A stretch of DNA of 62,014 bases from Macrostomum lignano (GCA_002269645.1 NIVC01004064.1:1-62014), one strand, 5' to 3'. Shown: positions 1 through 14,461, counted from the stretch's first letter. Translations and numbers: made by a program. The notes: a model not told the origin generated them from the letters alone.

Positions 1-8
1 GTCTGTAG

Positions 9-965
<957 letters not shown>

Positions 966-1482
966 CACGGTTTCGGTGCAGTGAGTGAGCCAGTGTTTTT
1001 GGTAAATCTGAACGTGAAGGCACAGCTGGTGTGTGGGAAGCTTCAGGAGGAGCAGGTGTTGCGAGGAACATGCCGCTTCGCCCAGTAGAAACCCGAGCCC
1101 GTGGAAAAGTGGCAAGTTGCAGTTGCACCTTTTGCGCCGGGGTCTGCAACACGCCCAATACGAGCGTAGTTTCGAGTGGTTTCATTTGCTTCCCTTACGC
1201 AAACTTCTTACGAGCAACTGCAGATCCTGAGGTTCGCCCTCGACGTAGCAGCATATCGCTGCCCTAATTTCTTCATCCATCTTTATTCCTAATTTCTCTC
1301 GCCCACTGCAATCAATGCCACGAACTTCTGATAAAAGTTCATTTGTGCTGATCGAGTTTTGAATTCATTCTGATCTGTTCTAGCGTTCTTATTTGCAAAG
1401 CTTATGCAGTGCCTGTTTTTCTTTTGAAGAATATCCAAATAAAATTATTTTTATAGGGTTTCGAAGCCCTAAATCTAGTAAG

Positions 1483-1860
1483 GCTTTTACGCACAGGGAG
1501 TGAGGTGGCTACATTGTTTGGGGGTTTTACGCACAGGGAGTGAGGTGGCTACATTGGTTGGGGGCTTTACGCACAGGGAGCGAGGTGGCTACATTGTTTG
1601 GGGGTTTTACGCACAAGGAGTGAGGTGGCTACATTGGTTGGGGTTTTACGCACAGGGAGCGAGGTGGCTACATTGGTTGGGGGTTTTACGCACAAGGAGT
1701 GAGGTGGCTACATTGGTTGGGGGTTTTACGCACAAGGAGTGAGGTTGGCTACATTGGTTGGGGGTTTTACGCACAAGGAGTGAGGTGGCTACATTGGTTG
1801 GGGGTTTTACGCACAAGGAGTGAGGTGGCTACATTGGTTGGGGGTTTTAAGCATAGAGAG
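1483..1860. repeat. ~38-39 bp minisatellite (TTTTACGCACARGGAGTGAGGTGGCTACATTGGTTGGGGG), about 9-10 copies
   Basis: Tandem units visible directly. Confidence 0.95.
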
Positions 1861-2009
1861 TGAGTTGCTACATAGCTCGTAGTTGAGCGGTTGTGAGGGT
1901 TCTGTACTGACTAGAGTCCAGGAAATTTAAAGCAATACAAAGATTCACAGTAGAACAGTCAATGTAAAAAAACTACAAAACAAGCGCAACATCCCGTTAA
2001 TCTACGCAG

Positions 2010-2712
2010 GTAATTCGACTGAAATGTGAAGAGAAGCAGCACTGCCAGCTCGAACCAACCGGCCAGTCGAATCGGCAGGAATCGGCCCCGATCCCTACGA
2101 GCTGGAGTCGTGCGAACAGCTGACTTCGCTTCTGGCTGTGACCTACGCGTGCGAGCCTAGTGAGTTTCTACGCTCGTATCCTGCTTTATAGTGGAGGCTT
2201 GTTGATCTACGCTCCTATAAAGAATTTTTCAAACCTTATCCAGACATTTTCAGAAGAGTGATTGTAGGATTTTACCACCTTACTTTACTGCAGACATCAG
2301 CACCCGTTTCCTCTGCGCTGACACCTATGCCAGCATCGGCTGCGAGGACAGTAAACGGCGCCTGCTGCTTCTTGACGCGATCCTGACTGACCGGCACATT
2401 TTTCGGGACTCAGTCTGCCCGAACACCGCCAACCCGGAGCAGGGGGCCGCCCGCTGTCCCGACAGGTCCGCCCTAGCCTCCGTTGGCGGCGACTGCAACA
2501 GCCGACAGTCCTGCACCGTGGGCGCCGCACAAGGTGACACTCTGACTGGATGCGCCAGGCCTAACCTGCTGATCGCCTTCGCTTGCGGTGAGTGGGTTGG
2601 TTGGTTGGTTGGTTGCTTGGTTGCTTGGTTGCATGCTTGGTTGCTTGGTTGCATGCTTGGTTGCTTGGTTGCTTGGTTGGTTGCTTGCTTGGTTGCTTGG
2701 TTGCTTGGTTGG

Positions 2713-2743
<31 letters not shown>

Positions 2744-4981
2744 GTTGCTTGGTTGCTTGGTTTGCTTGCTTGGTTGCTTGGTTTCTTGGTTGATTGGTTG
2801 ATTGGTTGATTGGTTGCTTGGTTGCTTGGTTGGTTGGTTGGTTGGTTGCTTGATTGGTTGGTTCGTTGGTTCGTTGGTTCGTTGGTTGCTTGGTTGCTTG
2901 GTTGGTTGCTTGGTTGCTTGGTTGCTTGGTTGCTTGGTTGCTTGGTTTTTTGGTTGCTTGGTTGGTTGGTTGGTTGCTTGCTTGCTTGCTTGGTCCTCAA
3001 ACTTCCCTATCGTGGACCATTCCAGTGCCACGCAGAAGCCTCTCAGGCGCAGGGAAAAATCTAGTCGATGGATACCCAGATGACACCCGGGACGAATTTG
3101 GACCGCATCAGAGTCCGAATTCTGGCGGTTCCGATGTCAGCAACGAGGCAGATCTTCAAGCCGACAGTCGACCACCGCAGCAGCCCACCGACTCTAAGGA
3201 CGTGACCAGGTCCGACTCAACGCCCACGGATTCTGGTAAGCCGGAGGAAATGTTAGATGGGATGCTACATTGGAAACCGAGTACTAATCGGGATAAGGAT
3301 TTGCCTTTTCATATTCGTTCCGCCGTTGCTGAAATGGATTAAAACTACGGGGATGGAGAGAGTATTAAAGGATAAACAGGAAAAGAGGATCATATATGGA
3401 AGAGAGCGGCTGCTCCTCCCCTCTCACCCCGGTCCTTTGGGATCAGTTGCGCTGTGAAGGGTCGGGGGACTGAGAATTGGCACGCCATCCATCGGCTAAC
3501 GGGACAGCTGGGACGCGGAGCTCTCAAAGTAGCGTTCCGTGGTGAGGGCAAGGCCAGGCAAGCAGATTAGCCAGTGGCTTGGGCCCTGGTTGCTGGGCCG
3601 TACTGGCGAATGTGCCTGAGAGGGTTGGCGGCTCGTCGACATGCAAGCCAGTTTAAGAGTACTCAGAGAATTTTAAAGCTAAGGTAAGAGATACTATAGA
3701 TTAGAGAAATAGCCCCTGAGAGTAAAGTTGAGAGGACAAAGGAGTGACACAGAGAACGAAAAATTGAAGACAACATAATGTATTATGGAAATTACGAGCT
3801 AGATTGACGTATACGATATAGATATTGAAAAAGAAATAAAGAGGGACGAAGCTAAACGCATAGACACTCAGTCACACTGACTCAGACGCAATTATGCGAC
3901 TTTAAGACACTCTCATACGGCATTGAAACATTATCATTATAGCATAGATAGAAGGCTCGTTTAAGTCGCCATCAATTGAGTCATAGAGCCATCTCATGAA
4001 AAATTAGAAGTTCAGCCGTTGAGGCACAAAAACATTACTAAGACAAATAGGACAACTGGACGCATGTTTTAGCGGCCTCATCTTGTCTCTCGCTCACGCA
4101 AATTAAATAAAGGCAGAAAGAGTGTAACGAGATGTCTAGGCGCACTGTAGCCAGAGTGAGAGCGCGAATGAGAGTGAAAGAGCCACGGCAGGACGGTCGC
4201 TCTCTGACAAATGTAAAACCTAAATAATTTATCACCATTTTACATCTCCACGCGCATCTGTCAGCTAGGTGTAGCGGACCCGGCACCGCATGCAGGACCT
4301 CCGGTTCGTCCTCCTTCTCTTCCTTCTCCGCCTCTCTGCGTTTCTATAGTTTGTCTTCTCACCCTCGTTTCCATTTCTCCCCTATAGTGGTTGAGTACGA
4401 GCTTAGACGCGTATGCATGAATGGAAATGTTTTTTCTCTTCTAGGAAAAATATCCCTTCGTTGTTGGGTTAATCAACAGGGTTGTCCAGTTCTGGTCAAG
4501 AGAGAGGGAGAGAGGGAGAGGGAGAGAGAGAGAGGGAGAGAGAGAGAGAGGGAGAGAGAGAGAGGGAGAGGGAGAGAGAGAGAGGGAGAGAGAGAGAGGG
4601 AGAGGGAGAGAGAGAGAGGGAGAGAGAGAGAGGGAGAGGGAGAGAGAGAGGGAGAGGGAGAGAGAGAGAGAGGGAGAGGGAGAGAGAGAGGGAGAGAGAG
4701 AGGGAGAGAGAGAGAGGGAGAGAGAGAGAGAGGGAGAGGGAGAGAGAGAGGGAGAGGGAGAGAGAGAGGGAGAGGGAGAGAGAGAGAGAGGGAGAGGGAG
4801 AGAGAGAGGGAGAGAGAGAGAGGAGAGAGAGAGAGGGAGAGAGAGAGAGGGAGAGGGAGAGAGAGAGGGAGAGAGAGAGAGGGAGAGAGAGAGAGGGAGA
4901 GAGAGAGAGGAGAGGGAGAGAGAGAGAGGGAGAGGGAGAGAGGGAGAGGGAGAGAGAGAGAGGGAGAGAGAGAGAGAGGGA

Positions 4982-5050
<69 letters not shown>

Positions 5051-6902
5051 TTTGTGCAATTTATTTTCTGTTGCATATTTTAAAAAATACAGCAGAACAG
5101 AATGATAATTGTTTTGATTTATTCGCTGCCAGCCAGTTTACAATACACTGTCGGGAACTCGGAGTTGGGCTCGAGGAAATTCTTGCCAGTTGAGATTCCT
5201 GAGTGGGAGAGAGAGACAGACAGGATTGAAATGGAATGTCCTCGAGGGTCCCCTGGGGTCGCGGGGTCGCTTAGAAAATTGCAGCCCTTGCACTCCCCAG
5301 CCTCTCCGCCTCATCCATACCGATGCGGGCGGGTTTAGCGTTACGTAATTCCTTTCAACAGTTGTCCAGGGCTTACTTAGACTAAATTATAATGCTGCAT
5401 CTCCCGTTCTTTCCTCGCGCTCCGCCCCAGTCTCCTGCATCTTCTATTCTCGCCTACTGTTTCATGCACATATTTTTCATCTGTTAGTCTAGTTTCCATC
5501 GCTTTCCTCTCCAGACCCTCTGCTTTCCTTCTCCGCACCCCAAAGCAGAAATTGCTTCCTTTACGACGCAAAAAAGCAGCAGGATTTTTTCAAGAAAATT
5601 TTGTTTGTTTTTTCCGGTCCATATTTAGAAGTTAAAAATGGCCTCACTCTTTGTCTGCAGTATCGCAATATTGGTGACAGAAAATATGCATTTTGTCACG
5701 AGAGATCTGCGGGGTTGAGGCTTATGAGGCCAAGGGGGCAGGAGCAGAGGGGTAGTTGCCCTCCCGGCATTGAGATGGGGCACTGCCTCCCCTGATCGAA
5801 GGGAGGTCAGAGGGGTCAGATGCCCTCCCCCCTACCACCTACTGAAAATGGTGGGGGTGCGTCATGTTGCCTGAAATATTCTTGACTGTGGCGCTCAAAA
5901 AAATTAATGTGTCTGTCAAAATTGTCTGTCCCAATATGAAATATTGGATATGAGATATGCGAGATATGAAATATTTGATATGAGATATGCGAGATATGAA
6001 ATATTTGATATGAGATATGCAAGATATGAAATATTGGATATGAGATATGTGAGATATGAAATATTTGATATGAGATATGCGAGATATGAAATATTGGATA
6101 TGAGATATGCGAGATATGAAATATTTGATATGAGATATGCGAGATATGAAATATTGGATATGAGATATGCGAGATATGAAATATTGGATATGAGATATGC
6201 GAGATATGAAATATTGGATATGAGATATGCGAGATATGAAATATTGGATACGAGATATGCGAGATATGAAATATTGGATATGAGATATGCGAGATATGAA
6301 ATATTTGATATGAGATATGCGAGATATGAAATATTGGATATGAGATATGAGAAACCAAAATTATCCGACCTGGCAATCAATCCCGCCAAAACTCAGACAA
6401 CGGTCACCTTGGCAACGTCCCATTGCTGGGCGCTTGCGCAGCCGGCGGTCTGGCCGTTCTGCTAGTTGCCGGGACTGCCGCTTGCCTAGCAAGCAGGCGT
6501 TGGCTGGCGGCCAGGCGACGCCGCGAAGAGGAACGACTGGCCAGAGTTCACCTCAGCAAGCAGATTCCGCCGCCGTCGACTTACCTGCCGATGCCGGCGG
6601 CCGCCGAGGCGTTGCTGAAACTGCCGGCGCCGCCGCAGTCGCCTGACGGCCAGCCGGCCTCCCAGAACGTCTCCGTGTGCCTCACCGGCCAGCTCAGCTC
6701 GCCGCCGCAGACGTCGGCTTCATCGGCGGCTGACGCCGGCAGCGATCGACAATCGTCGTCGACGTCGACATTCCTCACCGGGACAACGGGCTCGGGTTCG
6801 ATTCCTTCGCCGAGGGAGTCGTTGGCTACCTACTCTGTGCATCGGAATCACTGCGCCAGCGCTGTGCTGCACGAGATTAACCAGCAGTTGGCCTTGATCT
6901 AG
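2010..6902 (+). CDS. Partial multi-exon gene: SUEL/galactose-binding lectin domain(s) + stalk + TM + cytoplasmic tail (EVA-1-like architecture)
   Basis: Exons 2010-2159 (one frameshift; ...DPYELESCEQLTSLLAVTYACEP), 2294-2587 (LCADTYASIGC...DCNSRQSCTV...GCARPNLLIAFAC, SUEL cysteine pattern), 3047-3235 and 6397-6902 (LLGACAAGGLAVLLVAGTAACLA followed by SRRWLAARRRR = TM + basic stop-transfer). All three joins are GT-AG, phase 1, in frame. 5' end not identified. Confidence 0.6.
2594..2992. repeat. (TTGG/TTGC)n microsatellite, intronic
   Basis: Direct reading; starts just after the GTGAG donor at 2588. Confidence 0.97.
4499..5047. repeat. (AG/GGAGAG)n purine microsatellite
   Basis: Direct reading. 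Confidence 0.98.
5936..6350. repeat. 30 bp minisatellite (TATGAAATATTKGATATGAGATATGCGAGA), about 14 copies
   Basis: Direct reading. Confidence 0.97.
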
Positions 6903-7140
6903 CTGGGGTGGACATGCCGATCTAGCTGGGGTGGACATGCTGATCTAGCTGGGGTGGACATGCCGATCTAGCTGGGGTGGACATGCTGATCTAGCTGGGG
7001 TGGACATGCCGATCTAGCTGGGGTGGACACGCCGATCTAGCTGGGGTGGACATGCCGATCTAGCTGGGGTGGACACGCCGATCTAGCTGGGGTGGACATG
7101 CGGATCTAGCTGCAGGGGGTGGACATGCTGATCTGTGGAC
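6896..7140. repeat. 23 bp minisatellite (GATCTAGCTGGGGTGGACAYGCY)
   Basis: About 9-10 copies; the first unit supplies the TAG stop of the upstream ORF. Confidence 0.95.
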
Positions 7141-8443
7141 ACGCTAACCGAGCTTCGGCTGACATACTGATCTATTGCGAGTGGGCCAATCTAGAGATAG
7201 GCCAAAGCAGCTAAGCAGCGAACTTAATTATATTGGCCAAAAAGCACCAAAAACATTTGCCCAAAAGATGCACTACAGACCATCGATCTCATGTAGCTTA
7301 TTTCTCATATCCACTGTACAGAGTACCTGTACCACTGACTTGCGCCCATCCTTTGCGTTTTGAAATTTGCATGATCTCTTGTCACGTCCCGCGTTGTCTT
7401 GTGGAGTTTCCGATGCTTAAGCAGACATATTATTCATTATTTTGTTTTTTCTGATTCTCTCTGGTATTAGTACAGTAAAGGTTGCAACAAATAGTGATAA
7501 AAATATATACCTACTTATTTGCTTTTGTGTCCGAAATTTCAAGATCCCAAATATTGCAAATTGCAGTTCAGTAATGTGTTGGGAAGTTTCTAAGATTTGA
7601 CTGCTTTCTTGGACTGAGCTTGCAAGTAAAGCGGCTATTATTCGATAGATCTGCTGCGTTGTATAGTTGATATACATATACTATTTTTACTTCAAATACT
7701 CGTATGCAAACTACATAGATAACTTTAATCGCATGAACGTACAACATATTAGAAGTATCAATATTTGATTTTAATTTGTGACTCCCGCCGTTGTGTAAAA
7801 ATTAACTTAAAAATTAAGTTGGCCGAGACTAACTCTGTACGTCCTAGAACTGACACAATTAAATTGAAACAATCAATTAAACTCGCTTGTACTTTTGTTT
7901 TTTATCATTTCTGGAGATGAGCGAAACCTATTTACTTTTATGATTCCCATTCTTCTCGCCATTTCTTTAACCGAAACAACCTTATTTCGGTGTTTTCTTA
8001 CAACCTTCCTCGCCAATCGCCTGACGGGGTTGGGTGAGGGAAACTAATCGATTTTCTAGCTAGTCAACACCACCCACTTTTCTAACCTCCAACCCCAGAT
8101 CATTTTAACTCTGGCTTGGCCGCGTGTTTGGTTAAGTAAGTGAAGTCTATCGATTTTCTCGCTGGCCGGCCAACCCCACCTAGCTACCCACCCCACTTTT
8201 CTTACCCCAGTAGATCACTTAATTCATTGCCACCAATTTGCAGCCCTGTTGGCCGAGTTAAGTGAAGTCTATCGATTTTCTCGCAGGCCGGCTAACCAAA
8301 CCCAGCTATCCACGCCACTTTCCTACCCCACACTGTTTACAGTCCATAATAATTCGCTTACGTCTAACTCACTTTTAATTACCCAGCGAATCCCTTTTCC
8401 TTTCCTCGCTATACAAAAATCAGCAATTTAAAGGTGTGCTTTA

Positions 8444-9489
8444 CAGTGGCGTAGCCAGGGGGGCCGGGGGGCCGCGGCCCCCCCCTTAATCGCCTACGGG
8501 TGGGGTTGGGCGCGGAGGGTACCAAAAACCATGAGGCTAGAGATGCCAAAAACCGGCATTTCTGAGAACCGGTTAACCGGTTTGAAAACCGCCTTTTATA
8601 AGAAAACCGGTTTTTAAAAACCGGTTTGTGCGCCAAGTTTTTAAAAAGCACTAAATAAGCATAGAACTTATATACAATCGTGAATTCACCCATTTTAAAA
8701 CAAATCGATTGCTGAAGCTTTATTTTGTTAATTTACTTAACTTTAAATGATCATGATTCATGATGCCGCCAATAATGATAACGATAACGATTTTTTGTGA
8801 ATTGTGAATAACAAGATTGTGCGAACATTTTAAAGTTTAAACTTAAAACGATTCACTTGTTTGTGAACTTGTGGTTGTGATGCATGCATGCCGTGACGTT
8901 ATGGGGTTGTCGTCAGACTCATATCACATTATATGGCCTTAAGGCTCAAGTCAATCAAAATAGTAATCTTAATAACTGGCTGTTATCCGAGTACATATAA
9001 ATAAGTAAGTATTGTCCCGCCTGCAAATTCCAACCCTTTATTTTTTTAGTATCATTTGTAATTTGTAATCATTGACCTTTCTTAGAAAAATGAAAACAAA
9101 CTTTTCTTGGTACGATTAACGATTATGATTACGAATCATTACAAATCTATGATTACTTACGAATACGATTTACGATTATGAAGTTACAAAGTAACGATTT
9201 AGAAAAATTATGTTAGCAGTTATTGTTTTCTCCAAAGTGCAAAAATTGTGAGGCATAATTAAAATTAAAAACCCATTAAAAAACCGTCAAAAAACCGGAC
9301 AAAAAACCGGTTTTAAAACCGGTTGGCATCCCTACATGAGGCAATTGAGTGCCTGCGGCCGCGGCGCTAAAATGAGTGCAAGCGGCGCCAAAATGAGTGC
9401 CTGCGGCGCCAAAAGTGGCAATGGCATAAAGCATGGCCAGTCATGCCAACCCGCCCCCCCCCCAATTGAAATTCCTGACTACGCCACTG
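8444..9489. mobile_element. Non-autonomous hAT DNA transposon
   Basis: 16 bp TIRs CAGTGGCGTAGCCAGG / CCTGACTACGCCACTG (1 mismatch) and perfect 8 bp TSD GTGCTTTA at 8436-8443 and 9490-9497. No transposase ORF. Confidence 0.92.
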
Positions 9490-10230
9490 GTGCTTTATAC
9501 TTCGTATTAATTTATAACATTATTTCCACCAAAATCTCTGCTTGATTTTTAAAGACTAAAAAATTACTGCCATACAGGCAGACAGGCAGACTTAGATAGG
9601 CCAAGAAATGCGTAAAAACCAAACGGAGGAAGTGAAATCCGATCAGTCTAGATGCTCACAGCTGCAATTTTTTATGGAAAGAAGAAAATCCAGCTCACAG
9701 AAAATCACAAAATTGCCCGGAAATTACAGCCTTCTTGCCTTCGAATTTTCCTTTCTGAAAAAAAAGATATGGAGCAGCATCTGCTTAAGGTTGGATACAT
9801 ACCACAGTCAGAGACGGCATCGACAAGCAATTAAAAATAACCATATCAAATAAAACTATGACAAAAACGCATCAAAAACACCGAAGACCATCCTGGAGCC
9901 TAAAAATAATCTGTTTGCGCTTATTTTCAATTAAGGAAATTGCCCAACTAGAACCACAAGGGCCTTGTTTTTATAAAGCTTCAAAATATCTCCAGCTCTC
10001 TCTCCAGGTCGCAGATCTTAATCCTCTCTTCCAGAGAGCCTCTTCACAATATAACAAAGCCCCATTTTAGAATCCCATATTTCTCAGTTTATCATTTATC
10101 AATTTCTCAGTTGCAATCTTATCTCTCGTTATATTTCATCGGTAGCTTAAATAAATAAATCAGATTCGTTTCAACCTACTTATGAGTAATAGCAAGCGTT
10201 TACGGGCTTCAAAATATAACATTGTTAATA

Positions 10231-10595
10231 TACCTTTTAACAATTTTTTGGACATAAGTGAAGTCAATTTAGTCATTAGCCAATAGTGCGGGGGCGGAAT
10301 GACAAGCGAACTGTTTGCAGAGTTCATGGCTGAACTGTCTGCATTGCGTTCGTTTGCGTTCTTGTTTCACTACTTTGTATCTTCTCAAAGCTATAACGAC
10401 TAAATAAAATTCACTTTGACTTAATAAAAGTTACAAAAGACGGATTTAGAGGAACTTGACTAAATCGATTTCATTTCTTAACTCTAGTCTATGGTAAGCC
10501 CCGACTGCTGACTAAATCAAACTCAATTTTCTAGAACTGAGCTGACAAATGACTAAATTAACTTCACTTATGTCCAAAAAAATTGTTAAAAGGTA
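10231..10595. mobile_element. MITE with ~47-50 bp TIRs, possible TA TSD
   Basis: TACCTTTTAACAATTTTTTGGACATAAGTGAAGTCAATTTAGTCATT is mirrored at 10548-10595; TA on both flanks. Confidence 0.7.
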
Positions 10596-10699
10596 TATTC
10601 TGATTTCAAAGTTTAACCGCCCAATATGTATCTTCCTTCAAGCACAAAGTCCTACATTATACAACTTCTCATAAACATAGATTTATTATTGAGCTTCTG

Positions 10700-11059
10700 G
10701 TCCAAGCCGGCCAGCTCAGTTGAGGCCTGCCTGCCAACTAAGTGGTGGCGCTGCCCCGAATCCGGGCACACGGGCCACTGCGCGCCCGGGGTCAAGGCCT
10801 ACCGCTACAGCTGCAGGGAGAGCGTCAGCTTCGACCAGTGCAACTCCGGCAATTCTTGCTCGCCAACTGTTGAAAGAGCAGACTGCAAGGCCACCTACCA
10901 GAAGGCGCTATGCCGGCCCTGGTGGACTGAGTGGTCGGCATTCTCTGAGTGCCAGCCGGGTGAGCCAATTTTATTGATTTGATAGCATTAATTGATTGCT
11001 TCCACGAATGATTGCTAGTTCGACATTGAATTTTGGATTGATTCGGCATTTGATTGATG

Positions 11060-11092
<33 letters not shown>

Positions 11093-11127
11093 GTTGGTTG
11101 GTTGATTGGTTGATTAGTTTATTGATG

Positions 11128-11210
<83 letters not shown>

Positions 11211-11217
11211 GGGTTGG

Positions 11218-11276
<59 letters not shown>

Positions 11277-14200
11277 CTTTACTCTTGTTCAACCCAAATC
11301 AATCGCAGGCGAGTGCGGCGCCCGCCAGCGCAGCCAGCGCCGCCACTGCGCCGGCCTCTCCTCCCATAAGAACCCGGCAGCCGAGCGCGGCTCCTGCCGG
11401 GACCGCCGGGTTCTGGCGAAGCTTCGCCGCCAGGGCCGGCCTATCGGCGTCCGGGCCACCGTATGCAATGTCGGTCTGCATTGCCCGAAGATCAACGGCG
11501 GCTGGAGCGAGTGGGGCGCCCCGTCCGAATGTTCAGTCACCTGCGGTCTCGGCCATAGAGAGGTAGCTACCGGATTCAGCACCCCACTACCTCCCACAAT
11601 CCTATATTCAGTCCATTATTCTCCCCAATCGATGCAGGTCAGACGCAGCTGCAACAATCCAACTCCAGCAGGCGGCGGCATTCCCTGCTCAGGATTTGAC
11701 ATGAAGCGGGTCACTTGCCGGCGTTCGACGCCTTGCCCACTGGACGGCGCCTGGTGCAAATGGTCGCACGTTGAAATGTGCGACGCCTCGTGCGGCAGCG
11801 GTGTCGGCGTCAGGACCCGGCAGTGCAAGTGTCCCATGGAGCTGCACGGAGGCCGGCCATGCGCCGGGCCGGACAGGGAGAGAAGCCAGTGCCACCTGGC
11901 CCATTGTCCCTACTCGGAGCAGCTGTTCGAAGACGAGAGACGGTTTATGCGAGACAGTCTTAGAGCCACTTCGCAGGAGGCTGCGTTTGCTTATATGGGC
12001 CAGAGCGCGCCCGTGGTCGGGGGAGAGCTCTACCTGAGCTGCGGCGTGGACCAGCCAATCAGGCAGCGCCTGTTTGATAAGCCGGGCCGATTCCCGGAGC
12101 GGCAGTACTTTTGGACTAAGGATAATCAGGTGCTGTTGGCGGCTGGGAGCTCCGGACTGGCAGCTGAGGGTTGGTAGTTAAGGATTGGTAGTTAAGGATT
12201 GGTAGCTGAGGGTTGGTAGCTGAGGGTTGGTAGTTAAGGGTTGGTAGCTGAGGGTTGGTAGCTGAGGTTTTGTAGCTGAGGGTTGGTAGCTGAGGGTTGG
12301 TAGTTAAGGGTTGGTAGCTGAGGGTTGGTAGCTGAGGGTTGGTAGCTGAGGGTTGGTAGCTGAGGGTTGGTAGCTGAGGGTTGGTAGCTGAGGGTTGGTA
12401 GCTGAGGGTTGGTAGCTGAGGGTTGGTAGCTGAGGGTTGGTAGCTGAGGGTTGGTAGCTGAGGGTTGGTAGCTGAGGGTTGGTAGCTGAGGGTTGGTAGC
12501 TGAGGGTTGGTAGCTGAGGGTTGGTAGCTGAGGGTTGGTAGCTGAGGGTTGGTAGCTGAGGGTTGGTAGCTGAGGGTTGGTAGCTGAGGGTTGGTAGCTG
12601 AGGGTTGGTAGCTGAGGGTTGGTAGCTGAGGGTTGGTAGCTGAGGGTTGGTAGCTGAGGGTTGGTAGTTAAGGATTGGTAGTTAAGGATTGGTAGCTGAG
12701 GGTTGGTAGCTGAGGGTTGGTAGGAGAAGACTTGTCCCCTAACTGCACTCTGTATGCAATCAGCCACCTCACGCGAGCACCGCATCCCAATAAATCAATC
12801 ATTGCAGCCGCTAAACTTCTCCGAGCGAATCCGGTTCGACTCCGAGGTGCTGCACATGCTCTCCGTGGTGCCGTCAGACGCCGGGCTCTACCAGCTGATG
12901 GTGAAACGGGCGCCCAACAGAGATCCAAATACGGCCTGCTTCATTCCTGTGCCAGTGCTGGACACTGTGGTGCGCCTGCCCGAGGACAGCCACTTCAACC
13001 TCACATGCCCTCTGGGGGCGCTGACCAACGTGACCCCGACTATGATGGGCGCCTGGCGCATACACTGGACCTTCTTGCCGTCGCCTCTGTGAGGAACTCT
13101 TGCAGGTTTCGATGCAGGGGCAGGGGGGAGAGACAGGGGGGAGATACATGTAGAGGCAGTAGAGACAGGGGGGAGATAGAGGCAGTAGAGACAGGGGGGA
13201 GATAGAGGCAGTAGAGACAGGGGGGAGATAGAGGCAGTAGAGACAGGGGGGAGATAGAGGCAGTAGAGACAGGGGGGAGATAGAGGCAGTAGAGACAGGG
13301 GGGAGATAGAGGCAGTAGAGACAGGGGGGAGATAGAGGCAGTAGAGACAGGGGGGAGATAGAGGCAGTAGAGACAGGGGGGAGATATAGGCAGTAGAGAC
13401 AGGGGGGGAGATAGAGGCAGTAGAGACAGGGGGGAGATAGAGGCAGTAGAGACAGGGGGGAGATAGAGGCAGTAGAGACAGGGGGGAGATAGAGGCAGTA
13501 GAGACAGGGGGGAGATATAGGCAGTAGAGACAGGGGGGAGATAGAGGCAGTAGAGACAGGGGGAGATAGAGGCAGTAGAGACAGGGGGGAGATAGAGGCA
13601 GTAGAGACAGGGGGGAGATAGAGGCAGTAGAGACAGGGGGGAGATAGAGGCAGTAGAGACAGGGGGGAGATAGCGGCAGAGAGACGGAGGATCGAGATAG
13701 GAGAAGCGAGACAGGTGAGGCAGAGAGACAGGAGAGAGACAGGGAGACAGAGAGAGAGGAGAGAAACAGGAGAGAGGCAGACAGGCAGGAGACAGGGGGA
13801 AGAGACGGGAAGACAGAGATGAGTGGGACAGGGCAAAGGCGCGCACCCATTAGCAGCGCACGCAGCCCACCCAACAACCCACAGAGGCGAGCACCACGGA
13901 GGCAAGCGGGAGGAAAAGCTGTGGATGACGAACAGCCTTCGGCAGCAACTTGATCAGGCTGGCGTCGCCCACATCAGCTCCATGGCTGCACACATGGAAG
14001 GCGTTTACGAATGCTACATCCAGCTGATGTTCGTGCAAGACGCGAACGCCACTGATCCTTTTGCTGACCCGCCGCCTCCGGGCGATGGGGAGAAAGATCC
14101 CTACCAGCTGATGAAGGATAGTCAGCCGCGGAAGCTGGTGCTCACCGACATCGAACTGTCCGAGGTGTTTATGGCGGCTCGAATCGCTCTGGAACTGAAG

Positions 14201-14461
14201 CCGAATCCGACAATCAAAGAATTTATGGCTGAGTTTTTTGAGAAAAATTTCAACGCAGTTTTTGGCCTCATTTTTGGCGCCGCCTTTTTAACCCTGGCAA
14301 CCTGCGTGATTGACTGCGTGCGCGCCCTGCTGCTTTGGCGTCGGCGCATCTGGCTCCAGCGCATGGATATAGAGGAGATGAGCCTGTTTAAATTGCGAGT
14401 TCGAGAACTTCTCACGGGCTGGACTAGGCAGCACGATCGAGAGATAAAGAAGAAGAACTGA
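10700..14461 (+). CDS. Partial multi-exon gene: thrombospondin type-1 repeats + Ig-like domains + TM, short tail
   Basis: TSP1 motifs WTEWSAFSEC, WSEWGAPSECSVTCGLG, WCKWSHVEMCDASCGSG...RQC. Ig motifs LYLSC...FWTKD...SDAGLYQ and FNLTC...W...EGVYEC. TM AVFGLIFGAAFLTLATCVI. Exons are separated by repeat-filled introns; not all junctions were resolved. Confidence 0.8.
11050..11272. repeat. (ATTG)n microsatellite, intronic
   Basis: Direct reading. Confidence 0.97.
12160..12722. repeat. 14 bp minisatellite (GCTGAGGGTTGGTA), about 40 copies, intronic
   Basis: Direct reading. Confidence 0.97.
13120..13680. repeat. ~26 bp minisatellite (GAGATAGAGGCAGTAGAGACAGGGGG), intronic
   Basis: Direct reading. 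Confidence 0.97.

Noticed and set aside
2473-3342. Multiple QPTN/LVAW repeat ORFs
   Set aside because: Frames through the TTGG/TTGC microsatellite; only 3047-3235 is kept as a candidate exon.
4351-5193. ER/SL repeat ORFs (same issue at 35318-35860 and 45100-45965)
   Set aside because: AG/CT microsatellite artefacts.
5816-6465. HISYPIF / DMRYARYE repeat ORFs
   Set aside because: 30 bp intronic minisatellite read in open frames.
12234-13905. Long Pro/Leu-rich minus-strand ORFs
   Set aside because: Antisense translations of 14 bp and 26 bp intronic repeats.
10700-14461. Assignment as UNC-5, hemicentin or an IZUMO/TMEM81-like fusogen
   Set aside because: Domain order and tail do not match UNC-5; motifs are too generic to name an ortholog.
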